Shown: piece by piece, positions 1-17,031 of the stretch | Layout of the letters: every line of letters begins with the position of its first letter | Numbering within the stretch: the stretch's first letter is position 1 | From: an uncultured SAR86 cluster bacterium | GTDB lineage: Bacteria; Pseudomonadota; Gammaproteobacteria; Magnimaribacterales; D2472 | NCBI GenBank assembly: GCA_905181645.1 | Contig: CAJIYN010000001.1 | Location: 460,625-524,624 of the forward strand | Reading direction: 5' to 3' | DNA length: 64,000 nt | Translations under genes and position numbers: made by a program | The notes under the pieces: model-generated | What the model was told of the DNA's origin: nothing | The model's input: only the letters and a program-made list of their open reading frames with translations | Database searches by the model: none

Positions 1-5621
<5,621 letters not shown>

Positions 5622-5623
5622 TG

Positions 5624-5652
5624 TTGACCGCAACCACTCAGCTCTATAAAAT
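5624..5652 (+). promoter_or_regulatory. sigma70-like promoter candidate for the str operon
   Basis: TTGACC (5624-5629), 17-nt spacer, TAAAAT (5647-5652), just upstream of the rpsL ATG at 5677. Consensus match only. Confidence 0.4.
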
Positions 5653-5676
5653 CGCGCTCTAACTTAAATAATTATT

Positions 5677-6048
5677 ATGGCAACAGTAAATCAATTAGTA
5701 AAAAAATCTAGAAAACCTAAAATCAGGAAAACTGATGTACCTGCTCTTGAAGCATGTCCTCAAAGAAGAGGAGTATGTACTCGTGTTTACACAACTACTC
5801 CAAAGAAACCGAATTCTGCTTTAAGAAAAGTATGCAGAGTTAGGCTAACAAGTGGCTTTGAAGTTACATCATATATTGGTGGAGAAGGGCACAATCTTCA
5901 AGAACATTCATTGGTACTAATTCGAGGTGGAAGAGTAAAAGATCTACCCGGTGTCAGATATCACACAGTTAGAGGAACACTAGATACATCTGGTGTTGCC
6001 AATCGTAAACAAAGAAGATCTAAATATGGAGCCAAAAAAGGTAAATAA
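5677..6048 (+). CDS. rpsL: 30S ribosomal protein S12
   Basis: Intact 123-aa ORF with S12 motifs [11 protein letters not shown] and [14 protein letters not shown]. Confidence 0.97.
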   Translation: MATVNQLVKKSRKPKIRKTDVPALEACPQRRGVCTRVYTTTPKKPNSALRKVCRVRLTSGFEVTSYIGGEGHNLQEHSLVLIRGGRVKDLPGVRYHTVRGTLDTSGVANRKQRRSKYGAKKGK

Positions 6049-6050
6049 TT

Positions 6051-6518
<468 letters not shown>

Positions 6519-6546
6519 TAATCAACCAAATATATAAATATCAATT

Positions 6547-8647
6547 ATGGCTAGACAAATAGTATTAAATAAATATCGTAACGTTGGTATATGTGCTCAC
6601 GTTGATGCAGGTAAAACTACTACTACTGAAAGAATTCTTATATTATACAGGCGTATCCCATAAGATTGGTGAAGTGCATGATGGTGCTGCTACCATGGAC
6701 TGGATGGAGCAAGAGCAAGAAAGAGGTATAACTATTACATCTGCTGCCACAACATGTTTTTGGAGTGGAATGGAGCAACAGTTTCCTCAACATAGAATTA
6801 ATATTATCGATACTCCTGGTCACGTCGACTTTACTATTGAAGTAGAAAGATCATTAAGAGTTTTAGATGGAGCAGTTGTAGTTTTCTGCGCAACTTCAGG
6901 TGTTGAACCACAATCTGAAACTGTATGGAGACAAGCTAATAGATATGAAGTTCCTAGAATTGTTTTTGTTAACAAGATGGATAGAGCTGGAGCTGACTTT
7001 GAAAGGGTAGTTGCTCAAATAAAAGACAGACTTCAAGCAAACATTATCCCTATTCAATACAACATAGGAGCTGAAGAAAATTTTAAAGGCGTGGTAGATC
7101 TTGTAAAAATGAAAGCCATTTACTGGAATGAAGATGATCAAGGTTTAACTTTTGATTCAAAAGAAGTTCCAGAAGATCTTCTAGTTAAATGTAATCAGCT
7201 TAGAGAAGAAATGGTTGAAGCTGCTGCTGAGGCAAATGAAGAGTTAATGGAGCTGTATCTCGAGGAAGGAAAGCTTAATAACGAAGACATCAAGAAAGGT
7301 ATTCGAGATAGAACGTTGGCTAACGAAATTGTACCTGCCTTGTGTGGTTCAGCATTTAAGAATAAAGGCGTTCAAGCAATGCTTGATGCTATTGTGGATT
7401 TCTTACCTGCTCCAGATGAAGTTAAAGCTATCGAAGGTGTTATTCCAAATAATAGTGAAGAAGATGAAGAAAGTGACTCTAGGAAATCATCTGATGATGA
7501 GCCTTTCTCAGCACTTGCTTTTAAAATTGCAACAGATCCTTTTGTTGGTAGACTTTGTTTTACAAGAGCTTATTCTGGCGTGCTAAAGGTTGGAGATGCT
7601 GTCGTAAACTCTACTAAATCTAAAAAAGAAAGAGTTGGCAGAATGGTTCAAATGCACTCGAATAATAGAGAAGAAATTAAAGAAGTTAGAGCAGGTGATA
7701 TTGCTGCCTGTATTGGTCTTAAAGATATCACAACTGGAGATACTCTCTCTGATGCATCTAAACCTATTGTTTTGGAAAGAATGGATTTTCCAGAACCAGT
7801 TATTTCTGTTGCAGTTGAACCAAAATCTAAGCCAGACCAAGAGAAAATGTCTATGGCTCTTGGAAAACTTGCACAAGAAGATCCTTCATTTAGAGTTACA
7901 AGTGATGAAGAGTCAGGTCAAACAATTATTTCAGGAATGGGAGAGCTTCATCTCGATGTCCTTGTCGACAGAATGAGAAGAGAATTTTCAGTCGAAGCAA
8001 ATATAGGCAAGCCCCAAGTTTCATACAGAGAAACTATTAAAGAAACCGTTCAAGTTGAAGGAAAATTTGTAAGACAAAGTGGTGGTAAAGGTCAATATGG
8101 ACATGTTTGGATAAAATTAGAGCCTCTAGGTCTAGATGATGAATATGAATTTGTTGATAAAATTGTTGGTGGAGCAATTCCAAAAGAGTATATACCAGCA
8201 GTTAATAAAGGTATTCAAGAGCAAATGCAAAACGGTGTTATTGCTGGATATCCTTTACTAGCCTTAAGAGCAACTTTATACGATGGTTCTTTCCATGATG
8301 TTGATTCAAATGAAATGGCATTTAAGATTGCTGGTTCAATGGCGCTTAAAGAAGGTGCTAATAAAGCAAAACCAGCTTTAATGGAACCTATAATGAAATT
8401 AGAAGTTTTAACTCCCGAAGTAAATATGGGTGATGTTGTAGGAGATTTAAATAGAAGACGTGGTCAAGTAAATAATATGGACGATAGAGCAGGTAAAGAA
8501 GTTTCATCAGAAGTTCCGCTTGCTGAGATGTTTGGTTATGCAACAGATTTAAGATCTCAAACTCAAGGAAGAGCTACATTTACAATGGAATTCACTAAGT
8601 ATGGTGAAGTTCCTAATAATATTGCAGAAGGGTTAAAATCCTCGTAA
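6547..8647 (+). CDS. fusA: Elongation factor G (one frame break near the 5' end)
   Basis: ATG 6547 gives [32 protein letters not shown] one-base shift near 6640 joins it to ORF 6584-8647 (DTPGHVDF, full EF-G length). Confidence 0.95.
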
Positions 8648-8677
8648 AAATAGGAATTATAAAACTGATCAATTATG

Positions 8678-8707
8678 TTGACAGTATTGCTCCTAGGGGC
8701 TTAGAAT
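8678..8707 (+). promoter_or_regulatory. sigma70-like promoter candidate for the S10 operon
   Basis: TTGACA (8678-8683), 17/18-nt spacer, TTAGAAT (8701-8707), 65 nt upstream of rpsJ. Consensus match only. Confidence 0.5.
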
Positions 8708-8771
8708 ACGCCACATTTTGCAATTAGCAGAACGTGAAAATAAAAGAATTAATAGGTAAAAAATAGGAAAA

Positions 8772-9083
8772 ATGGACAATCAATCAATAAGAATTAGGCT
8801 TAAAGCATTTGATTATAGATTGATCGATGCATCTACAAAGTTAATTGTAGAAACAGTCAAGAAGACAGGTGCATTAGTAAGAGGGCCAATTCCATTACCT
8901 GTAAAAAAGGAAAGAACAACAATATTGACTTCTCCGCATAAAGATAAAGATGCAAGAGATCAATATGAAATAGTTACATACAAAAGGCTTATGGACATAG
9001 TTGAACCAACTGACAAAACAGTTGATGCGCTAATGAAATTAGATCTATCCGCAGGGGTAGATGTCCAAATAAGTCTTGGTTAG
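8772..9083 (+). CDS. rpsJ: 30S ribosomal protein S10
   Basis: Intact 103-aa ORF (IRIRLKAFD...LIDAS...) at the head of the S10 operon gene order. Confidence 0.96.
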   Translation: MDNQSIRIRLKAFDYRLIDASTKLIVETVKKTGALVRGPIPLPVKKERTTILTSPHKDKDARDQYEIVTYKRLMDIVEPTDKTVDALMKLDLSAGVDVQISLG

Positions 9084-9146
9084 TAAATAATTTTTAACGC
9101 TTAGGCGGCCATAGAGGGTTAGTAGCCCCGTAAAAAGGAGAGTAAA

Positions 9147-9781
9147 TTGAGCACTGGCTTAATAGGAAAAAAATCTGGAATGTCACGTCTTTTCTTAGAA
9201 GACGGAACATCCATACCTGTAACTGTAATTTCTGTATGCGGTAACTTTGTTGCTGACATTAAAACTTCAGATAGAGATGGATATGACGCACTTGTTGTAT
9301 CTAAAACAAAGAAATCAAACAACTTAACAAAATCAACCTCAGAATTTTTTAAAAAAGTTAATCTTGAACCTGGTAAATTAGCTGAGTTCAGAACAGATGC
9401 TAATAATGCTGCTGGATACCAAATAGGAAATCATCTTACAGCTGATGTTTTTGAAACCGGCCAATATGTTGACATTGCAGGAACCTCAAAAGGTAAAGGT
9501 TATGCTGGTGTCATTAAACGTCACAACTTTGCTATGCAAGACGCTACTCACGGTAACTCTCTCTCACAGAGCTCATGGATCAATTGGCCAATGTCAAACT
9601 CCTGGAAGAGTATGGAAAGGTAAAAAAATGTCAGGACATATGGGTAATGCAACTACTACAGTGCAAAGCTTAAAAATTGTTGAATTAGATGTTGAGAATA
9701 ATGTTCTTTATGTAAAAGGAGCAGTTCCAGGATTTAACGGATCAGATTCTAAAAATTAAACCATCACTCAAGAAAAAATGA
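9147..9781 (+). CDS. rplC: 50S ribosomal protein L3 (frame-broken)
   Basis: TTG start after AAGGAG. ORFs 9147-9623 and 9445-9759 together read ...[52 protein letters not shown]. Breaks are at the (TC)n run 9557-9565 and near 9745. The corrected stop TGA 9779-9781 overlaps the rplD ATG. Confidence 0.92.
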
Positions 9782-10388
9782 AGATAGATTTACTAACAGC
9801 ATCTACGAAAAAAGCAGATATTACAATTTCTGAAGCTACCTTTGGTAAAGATTTTAATGAGTCATTAGTTCATCAGGCTGTTGTCAGTTATATGGCTGGA
9901 TCAAGACAAGGATCATCTAAGCAAAAAACTCGTTCAGAAGTAAGAGGTGGCGGTAAAAAGCCATATGCACAAAAAGGAACTGGTAGAGCCAGAGCAGGAA
10001 CAATCAGAAGTCCATTATGGAGAGGTGGCGGAGTTACTTTTGCTGCAACCCCAAGAGACTATAGTAAGAAAATTAATAAGAAAATGTACAGAGCTGCTCT
10101 GAGATCTATATTTTCAGAATTGTTAAGACAAGGTAAATTAGTAGCAATTGAAACTCCTGTTTTAGAGAAACCTAAAACTAAAGAGATAGCAAAGTTCTTA
10201 AATGATTTTTCATTAAGTAAAGTTTTATTTATTACAGATGCTTTTGACTCCAATTTTTATCTCTCTGCAAGAAACATACCAAATGTTGATGTAATACAGT
10301 TAAAGAAATAAACCCAGTAATTTTATTAAGAGCTGACAAAGTTGCAGTTACTGCTGAAGCATTTAAGTTAATTGAGGAGTGGATCTAA
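9778..10388 (+). CDS. rplD: 50S ribosomal protein L4 (C-terminus in another frame)
   Basis: ORF 9778-10311 contains [30 protein letters not shown]. The tail ...[26 protein letters not shown] is readable after a shift near 10300 and ends at TAA 10386-10388. Confidence 0.92.
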
Positions 10389-10684
10389 TGTTTAACGAAA
10401 AACTCTATACCTTAATTAAAGCTCCAATAGTTACCGAAAAATCTGCCAGAGTTAATGAAGCTCATAAACAAGTAGTTTTTAAAGTTGATTTAAATGCTAA
10501 TAAGAGAGAAATAAAACAAGCTGTAGAAGAGCTTTTTAAAGTTAAAGTCCTTGCAGTTACAACATCAGTGGTTAAAGGGAAAACAAAAAGAAATAGAACA
10601 GGTACTTATAAAAGATCTAATTATAAAAAAGCTTTTGTTACTTTAAGCCAAGATTCTGAGATTCAATTTGAGGGAATTAATTAA
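10388..10684 (+). CDS. rplW: 50S ribosomal protein L23
   Basis: ATG 10388 overlaps the corrected rplD stop (TAATG). About 98 aa with L23-like [11 protein letters not shown], in the expected position between rplD and rplB. Confidence 0.93.
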   Translation: MFNEKLYTLIKAPIVTEKSARVNEAHKQVVFKVDLNANKREIKQAVEELFKVKVLAVTTSVVKGKTKRNRTGTYKRSNYKKAFVTLSQDSEIQFEGIN

Positions 10685-10686
10685 AA

Positions 10687-11514
10687 ATGACTATTGTTAA
10701 GGCAAAGCCTACCAGTCCAGCCAGAAGGCATGTCGTATCAGTTAAATCTGATTTACATAAAGGAAAGCCACTCAAATCTTTAACACAAGCTAAATCCAAG
10801 AATGGTGGAAGAAATAATAATGGAAGAATTACTGTAAGACACCAAGGTGGTGGTCATAAACAGCATTACAGAATAATAGACTTTAAAAGAGACAAGTTTG
10901 ATATTCCAGCTACAGTTGAGAGAATAGAATACGATCCCAATAGATCAGCTCATATTGCTTTGATGCTTTATGCAGATGGAGAAAGAAGATATATAATTGC
11001 ACCAAATAAATTAAAAGTTGGTGATGAGATTATTTCTGCAGAATCAGCTGATATTAAAACTGGTAATTCGATGAAGCTTAAGGATATTCCACTTGGAACT
11101 AATGTCCATTGCATAGAAATTAAGCCTTTAAAAGGTGCTCAAATGGCAAGAAGTGCTGGGACATCAGCTAGATTAGTTGCTAAAGAAGGTATTTATGCAA
11201 CATTAAGACTTCAATCCGGAGAAACTCGAAAAGTTCTTTCTGAATGTAGAGCAACCTTAGGAACAGTATCTAATCAAGAGAATAATTTAAAATCTCTAGG
11301 AAAAGCTGGTGCTAAAAGATGGAGAGGTGTTAGACCTACTGTTAGAGGTGTGGCGATGAACCCGGTAGATCACCCGCATGGTGGTGGTGAGGGACGTACA
11401 TCTGGTGGTCGTCATCCGGTGTCTCCTTGGGGAATGCCAACCAAAGGTTATAAGACGCGTAAGAATAAGAGAACTAATGATTTGATAATCAGAAGAAAAG
11501 GAAGTAGGAAGTAA
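10687..11514 (+). CDS. rplB: 50S ribosomal protein L2
   Basis: Intact 275-aa ORF with [30 protein letters not shown]. Confidence 0.97.
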   Translation: MTIVKAKPTSPARRHVVSVKSDLHKGKPLKSLTQAKSKNGGRNNNGRITVRHQGGGHKQHYRIIDFKRDKFDIPATVERIEYDPNRSAHIALMLYADGERRYIIAPNKLKVGDEIISAESADIKTGNSMKLKDIPLGTNVHCIEIKPLKGAQMARSAGTSARLVAKEGIYATLRLQSGETRKVLSECRATLGTVSNQENNLKSLGKAGAKRWRGVRPTVRGVAMNPVDHPHGGGEGRTSGGRHPVSPWGMPTKGYKTRKNKRTNDLIIRRKGSRK

Positions 11515-11517
11515 ATT

Positions 11518-11790
11518 ATGCCAAGATCACTAAAAAAAGGCCCGTTTATAGATCTTTCATTAGAAAAGAAAGTTGACGCAGCTAATGCATCTAATGATAA
11601 AAGACCTATTAAAACTTGGTCTAGAAGATCAATGGTAATGCCATCAATGGTGGGTTTAACGATTGCAGTTCACAATGGAAGACAGCATGTGCCTGTATAC
11701 ATTAATGAAGATATGGTTGGACATAAACTAGGCGAATTTGCAATTACAAGAACATTCAAAATGCATTCAGGTGATAGGAAGACTAAATAA
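11518..11790 (+). CDS. rpsS: 30S ribosomal protein S19
   Basis: Intact 90-aa ORF (PRSLKKGPF...[12 protein letters not shown]...[10 protein letters not shown]). Confidence 0.97.
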   Translation: MPRSLKKGPFIDLSLEKKVDAANASNDKRPIKTWSRRSMVMPSMVGLTIAVHNGRQHVPVYINEDMVGHKLGEFAITRTFKMHSGDRKTK

Positions 11791-12128
11791 TGGAAACAAG
11801 AGCATATCTAAAAGGAACTAGATTATCTCCGCAAAAGGCTGGTTTGGTAGCTAATGCGGTTAGAGGTAAGTCAGTTCAAGATGCAATGGACTTTTTAGTT
11901 TTTAATAAACAAAAGGGATCTGCTGTTATTAAAAAATTATTAGAGTCAGCAATTGCAAATGCAGAGAATAATAATAATTCAGATATAGATTTATTATCAG
12001 TTAAATCAATAATCGTTAATCAAGGTATGAGATTAAAGAGAATGAAGCCAAGAGCAAGAGGCAGAGCTGACAGGATTATTAAACCAACATGCCATATTGA
12101 AATTATCTTATCGGAAGGGAATAAATAA
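11790..12128 (+). CDS. rplV: 50S ribosomal protein L22
   Basis: Intact 112-aa ORF in the expected position. Its start overlaps the rpsS stop (TAATG). Confidence 0.95.
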   Translation: METRAYLKGTRLSPQKAGLVANAVRGKSVQDAMDFLVFNKQKGSAVIKKLLESAIANAENNNNSDIDLLSVKSIIVNQGMRLKRMKPRARGRADRIIKPTCHIEIILSEGNK

Positions 12129-12778
12129 TGGGACAAAAAGTTAATCCAACAGGTTTTAGATTAGGTATCTCAAAAAAGCAAAATGCTAATTGGTACGCAA
12201 AAGGTAAAGCATTTTAAAGACAAAGCAATGCCTAAAGATATTAGAGAATATTTTAAAAAGAAATTAAAATTTTCTTCAGTAAGTAAAATTGAACTTGAAA
12301 GATCTGCAGAGAATTTTGTGGTTTCAATTTACACATCTAGACCTGGAATTATTATTGGTACTATCAGGTGAAGAAATAGAAAATCTTAAAAAAGCAGTTC
12401 AGAAAATTGTTAACTGAAGTAGCAATAAATATTAAAGAAGTTAAGAAGCCTGATTTAGACGCAACTATTTTAGCTGAGGGTGTCGCTCAGCAGCTAGAGA
12501 GAAGAGTTATGTTTAGAAGAGCTATGAAAAGAACAGTTCAAAGCGCCCTCAGACAAAGTGCTAAAGGTGTAAGAATCGAAGTTTCAGGAAGACTAAATGG
12601 CGCTGAAATAGCGAGAACTGAATGGTATAGAGAAGGAAGAGTACCACTTCATACATTAAGAGCAGATATTGATTATGGTACAGCTGAAGCATTAACTACT
12701 TATGGAATTATTGGAATTAAAGTTTGGGTTTTTAAGGGTGAAGTAATGGGCGACCCATTCAAACAAGAAGATAAATAA
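12128..12778 (+). CDS. rpsC: 30S ribosomal protein S3 (frame-broken)
   Basis: ATG 12128 gives [14 protein letters not shown]. ORFs 12183-12371 and 12407-12778 supply the rest ([14 protein letters not shown]...[31 protein letters not shown]). At least three frame changes lie between 12150 and 12410. Confidence 0.93.
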
Positions 12779-12789
12779 ATTTAAATATT

Positions 12790-13198
12790 ATGTTACAACC
12801 AAAACAAACAAAATTTAGAAAAATGCATAAAGGCCGAAATAGAGGCCTGGCACAAAATGGTAATACTGTTGCATTTGGAAGATTTGGTCTAGTTGCCGCT
12901 GATAGAGGAAGAATTACAGCTCGTCAAATTGAAGCTGCTAGGCGTGCCATGACTAGACATATTAAAAGAGGTGGAAATATCTGGATAAGGATATTCCCTG
13001 ACAAGCCTATTACAAAAAAACCTTTCGAAGTAAGAATGGGTAAAGGTAAAGGAAATGTTGAGTACTGGGTTGCTTTAAAAAATACCGGGAAAGGTTATGT
13101 TTGAAATGGCTGGAGTAACAGAAGAGCTTGCAAGAGAAGCATTTAAATTAGCATCTGCCAAGCTACCAGTAAAAACTCGTTTCTTAAAGAAGGATTAG
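12790..13198 (+). CDS. rplP: 50S ribosomal protein L16 (C-terminus shifted)
   Basis: ORF 12790-13104 ([19 protein letters not shown]...). After a shift in the A-run near 13075 the tail reads ...[32 protein letters not shown], ending at TAG 13196-13198. Confidence 0.93.
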
Positions 13199-13202
13199 TA
13201 AC

Positions 13203-13409
13203 ATGAGTAAAGAATTAATAGACCTAAGAAAAAAAGATTTAGATCAACTAAATCAAGAATTAGCTTCTGTGAGAGCTGAGCAATTTACTATGCGTATTAA
13301 ACATAAAACTGGACAACTTAACGAAACAAATCTTTTAAAAAATACTAGAAGAAAGATAGCAAGAATTAAAACTCTAATTACAGAGACAAAGAATAAGGAA
13401 GTTAAATAA
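13203..13409 (+). CDS. rpmC: 50S ribosomal protein L29
   Basis: Intact 68-aa ORF in the expected position between rplP and rpsQ. Confidence 0.93.
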   Translation: MSKELIDLRKKDLDQLNQELASVRAEQFTMRIKHKTGQLNETNLLKNTRRKIARIKTLITETKNKEVK

Positions 13410-13679
13410 TGGCATCTTCAAATCCAAGACTATTAACTGGAGTTGTTATATCTGACAAAGCAGATAAAACAATAACCGTTAAAGTCGAAAGAAAAGTTAG
13501 ACATCCGCTTTATGGAAAAATAATGAAGCGAACAACCAAGGTGCATGCTCACGATGAAAGCAACGCTGCAAGTACAGGGTGACGTTGTTACTGTGCAAGA
13601 ATGTAGGCCTATTTCTAAGAGTAAAACTTGGGTTTTAGTTGCAGAAGGAACTACAAACGGAATGTGTAACTTTCCTTGA
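13409..13679 (+). CDS. rpsQ: 30S ribosomal protein S17 (one frame break)
   Basis: ATG 13409 overlaps the rpmC stop. Reads ...[42 protein letters not shown], then after the surplus G in GGG 13577-13579 continues [18 protein letters not shown]. Confidence 0.92.
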
Positions 13680-13706
13680 TGAAGAAGTATTAGAGGAGAC
13701 AGACTA

Positions 13707-14076
13707 ATGATACAGATGCAGACTATTCTTAAAATTTGTGATAACAGTGGTGCTAGAAGTGTTATGTGTATCAAAGTTCTTGGTGGGTCAAAAAGACGTT
13801 ATGCCAATATTGGCGACATCATTAAAGTTGCTGTACGTGAAGCTATTCCAACTGGAAAAGTTAAAAAAGGACAGGTAGTTGATGCTTTAATAGTTAGAAC
13901 TAGAAAAGGGGTAAGACGAAGTGATGGATCATTAATTAAATTTGATGAAAATGCTGCTGTTTTATTAAATAATCAAAAAGCTCCAATAGGAACTAGGGTA
14001 TTTGGTCCAGTAACTAGAGAGTTAAGAGAAGGGAAGCATTATGAAAATTCTATCTTTAGCACCAGAAGTTTTATAA
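13707..14076 (+). CDS. rplN: 50S ribosomal protein L14 (one frame break near the 3' end)
   Basis: [27 protein letters not shown]...[16 protein letters not shown]. Removing one G of GGG 14031-14033 restores ...[11 protein letters not shown] and the stop TAA 14074-14076. Confidence 0.94.
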
Positions 14077-14414
14077 TGAATAAGTTAGTAAAAACAAATA
14101 CAAAATTAAAAACTGGTGATGAAGTAATTGTCATCACTGGTAAAGATATTGGTAAAAAAGGCAATATTAGAAAAATAATGAAGAGTAACAATAGAGTAAT
14201 TGTTACTGGAATCAATATGGTTAAAAAACATACTAAGCCTAATCCTCAAATGGGAGTAACTGGTGGAATAGTTGAGCAAGAAGCAGCTATTGATCTATCC
14301 AATGTATCTATTTGGAATCCTAAGAAAAAAGGTGCGGATAAAATTAAGTACTCAGAAGATAAAGATGGTAAAAAAATAAGATTATTTAAATCTAATAACG
14401 CGGAAATTAAGTAG
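14076..14414 (+). CDS. rplX: 50S ribosomal protein L24
   Basis: ATG 14076 (TAATG overlap with the corrected rplN stop). [31 protein letters not shown]... is KOW-type L24. In the ORF track it is fused to L14 only because of the upstream frame error. Confidence 0.93.
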   Translation: MNKLVKTNTKLKTGDEVIVITGKDIGKKGNIRKIMKSNNRVIVTGINMVKKHTKPNPQMGVTGGIVEQEAAIDLSNVSIWNPKKKGADKIKYSEDKDGKKIRLFKSNNAEIK

Positions 14415-14944
14415 ATGGCTAATTTAAAACAAAAATTTAATAAATCTTCAAATATTTACAAGAAGCTATAATGAAGAATGTTATGGCTGTTCCAAGATTA
14501 ATAAAAATTGTTATTAATATGGGTCTTGGACTTGATGCGCCTTCTCTAATTTTAACATCAGCTGTTGCTGAAAAGGATCCATTCGTAGCGAATGCAAATA
14601 ACTACTAAAGCCAGAAAATCAGTTGCCAGTTTTAAAATTAGAGAAGGTTATCCGATAGGTTGCAAGGTAACACTTAGAGGCGAAAGAATGTATGACTTCA
14701 TAGAAAGGCTTATAAATATTGCTATTCCTAGGGAAAGAGATTTTAGAGGGTTGAGCCCTAAATCATTTGACGGGCCAGGGTAATTACAGCTTTGGAATTA
14801 AAGAGCAAATAATTTTCCCAGAAATAAATTATGACAATATAGACTAATATTAGAGGTATGGATGTCTGCATAAATACCTCTGCTAACACAAAGGAAGAAG
14901 CTAAAGCTTTATTAGAAGTTTTAGATTTTCCGTTTAAGAAGTAG
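14415..14944 (+). CDS. rplE: 50S ribosomal protein L5 (heavily frame-broken)
   Basis: Pieces in three frames: [10 protein letters not shown]..., [127 protein letters not shown]. At least four shifts. Confidence 0.9.
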
Positions 14945-14952
14945 GAAAATAA

Positions 14953-15258
14953 ATGGCTAAAAAATCAATGATCGCAAGAGAAGTCAAAAGAAAAAAGACT
15001 GTAGCTAAATATGCTATTAAAAAAGCAGAGTTAAAGGCTATTTTATTAAAAACGGATGCAACTGATGAAGAGAGAGCCGATGCTTATAAAAAGCTACAGA
15101 AGCTTCCTAGAAATGCAAGTGCTTCAAGAGTGGTAAGAAGATGTTCAATAACTGGAAGACCGCATGCTGTCTATAGAAAATTTGGCCTCAGCCGAATTAA
15201 GCTTAGAGAGGCTGCTATGCGAGGTGATATTCCAGGTTTAGTTAAATCAAGTTGGTAA
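14953..15258 (+). CDS. rpsN: 30S ribosomal protein S14
   Basis: Intact 101-aa ORF ending ...[21 protein letters not shown]. Confidence 0.96.
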   Translation: MAKKSMIAREVKRKKTVAKYAIKKAELKAILLKTDATDEERADAYKKLQKLPRNASASRVVRRCSITGRPHAVYRKFGLSRIKLREAAMRGDIPGLVKSSW

Positions 15259-15262
15259 TAAT

Positions 15263-15662
15263 ATGAGTTTTCAAGATCCTATATCAGATTGTCTAACAAG
15301 AATCCGCAATGGCCTCATGAGAGGAAAAGTTGAGGTTTCCGCACCTTATTCAAAAGTTAAACATGACTTAGTTAATGTTTTGGTGAATGAGGGCTATTTG
15401 AAAAGCTGTAAAAAAGTTGAAGAAGATAATAATAAAGCTTCTATCAATATCACTTAAAATATTATGAGGGAAAACCGGTTATAGAAAATATTAAAAGAAT
15501 TAGCAAGCCCAGCCTTCGTATTTTTAAACCTGCGAAAGATGTTTGAAGCCTGTAAAAAATGGTTTAGGAGCATATATTATTTCAACTAATCAAGGTCTTA
15601 TGACTGATAAGCAAGCTAAAGCAAAAAATATTGGAGGAGAAGTCCTTTGTGAGGTATTTTAA
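15263..15662 (+). CDS. rpsH: 30S ribosomal protein S8 (two frame breaks)
   Basis: [17 protein letters not shown]... The breaks look like single-T shortfalls at 15455-15456 and near 15545. The rest reads [30 protein letters not shown] and [38 protein letters not shown]. Confidence 0.93.
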
Positions 15663-15664
15663 TT

Positions 15665-16164
15665 ATGTCTAGAGTAGCAAAAAATCCAATAACAATTCCT
15701 GATTCTGTAAAAGTGAATATAGAGAATTCTAATATCCAAGTCTAGGTCAACAAAAGTATGTTGATTGTTGATGAGGAGCATGATCCATCATACAAGCAAG
15801 AAGAAAAAGGAATATATAATGCCAGAGATATGGCAGTGGTTAGAGCTTCAATTGAAAAATTTACATTAATACTTGTTAGTGCAACACCTTCTCTTGAGAC
15901 AATTTACAATATAGATCAGAATAAATATTTTCATGTAAAATTAAAAAATAAATTTTCAAAAACGCCAGAGCCAAAAATCAAAGTTATTGATATGAAAAAA
16001 AGTAAACTTAAAAAAAATTGAGTAGCCATAATAAGCAAGCTTTAGGTCAAGCTGCTGCAGAAATAAGAGCATTCAGACCTCCTGAGCCATATAAAGGTAA
16101 GGGTGTTAAATATGCTGATGAAGTTATCAAAAGAAAAGAAGCTAAGAAGGCAGCAGGAGCATAG
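15665..16164 (+). CDS. rplF: 50S ribosomal protein L6 (central third replaced by unrelated sequence)
   Basis: N-terminus [26 protein letters not shown] (15665-15742) and C-terminus ...[40 protein letters not shown] (about 16021-16164) are L6. The middle is not. Confidence 0.88.
15743..16020 (+). other. priA-like (primosomal helicase N') internal gene fragment embedded in rplF
   Basis: ORF 15758-16021: [48 protein letters not shown] matches the PriA DEAH-box motif II-III region. It has no start or stop context of its own. Confidence 0.75.
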
Positions 16165-16166
16165 GC

Positions 16167-16511
16167 ATGAGTGAAAAAAATATTTCAAGAATAAGAAGAG
16201 CTAAAAAAACTCGTATGAAAATTAGAGAACAAGAGTCACCAAGACTTACGGTTTTCAGATCTTCAAAGCATTTCTATGCGCAAGTATTTGATAGCTTAGG
16301 AACTAAAGTCATAGCATCCGCTTCAACAGTTGAAAAAGATATAGATACTAAATCTAACAATGTTCAAGGAGCTGAAGGTGTTGGTAAGAGAGTTGCAGAA
16401 GCACTAGAAAATGGTATCAAGAAAGTAGTTTTTGATAGATCTGGTTATAAGTACCATGGTCGCATCAAAGCACTTGCAGATTCTGCCAGAGAAGCTGGCT
16501 TGGAGTTTTAA
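16167..16511 (+). CDS. rplR: 50S ribosomal protein L18
   Basis: Intact 114-aa ORF (...RLTVFRSSKHFYAQV...VVFDRSGYKYHGRIKALADSAREAGLEF). Confidence 0.96.
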   Translation: MSEKNISRIRRAKKTRMKIREQESPRLTVFRSSKHFYAQVFDSLGTKVIASASTVEKDIDTKSNNVQGAEGVGKRVAEALENGIKKVVFDRSGYKYHGRIKALADSAREAGLEF

Positions 16512-16517
16512 TTAAAT

Positions 16518-17031
16518 ATGAAACAAGAAAATTTAAATACTGCCGGCCAACAACAGGATGCTCTAGAAGAGAAGCTTGTTCAGGTCAATAGAGTTGCTAA
16601 AGTTGTTAAAGGTGGAAGAATCTTTGGTTTTACTGCTCTAACAGTAGTTGGTGACGGTAAGGGCAAAGTTGGTTTTGGAAGAGGTAAAGCAAAAGAAGTA
16701 CCTGATGGCAATTCAAAAAGCTATGGAAAACGCTAGAAGAAATATGGTTGATGTTGAGTTAAACAACACTACTATTTGGTATCCAGTTAAAGCTAAGTTC
16801 GGTGCTGCTAATGTATACATGCAACCAGCTTCAGAAGGTACAGGTATTATTGCTGGTGGAGCTATGAGAGCAGTGCTCGAGTTAGCTGGTGTTCAAAATG
16901 TTTTAGCTAAATGTTATGGATCAACAAACCCAGTTAATGTTGTCAGAGCAACTATTAATGCTCTACGTTCTATGGAGTCTCCTAAAACAGTTGCTTCAAG
17001 ACGAGGCAAATCATCAGAAGAAGAGCTATGA
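16518..17031 (+). CDS. rpsE: 30S ribosomal protein S5 (one frame break)
   Basis: ORFs 16518-16736 and 16648-17031: [40 protein letters not shown], then [13 protein letters not shown]...[24 protein letters not shown]. The shift is near 16700. Confidence 0.94.

Noticed and set aside
13707-14414. A 235-aa ORF that looks like a natural L14-L24 fusion protein
   Set aside because: Removing one G from GGG 14031-14033 restores the canonical L14 C-terminus ([11 protein letters not shown]-stop) and a TAATG junction to a normal L24 start at 14076. The fusion is a frame-error artefact.
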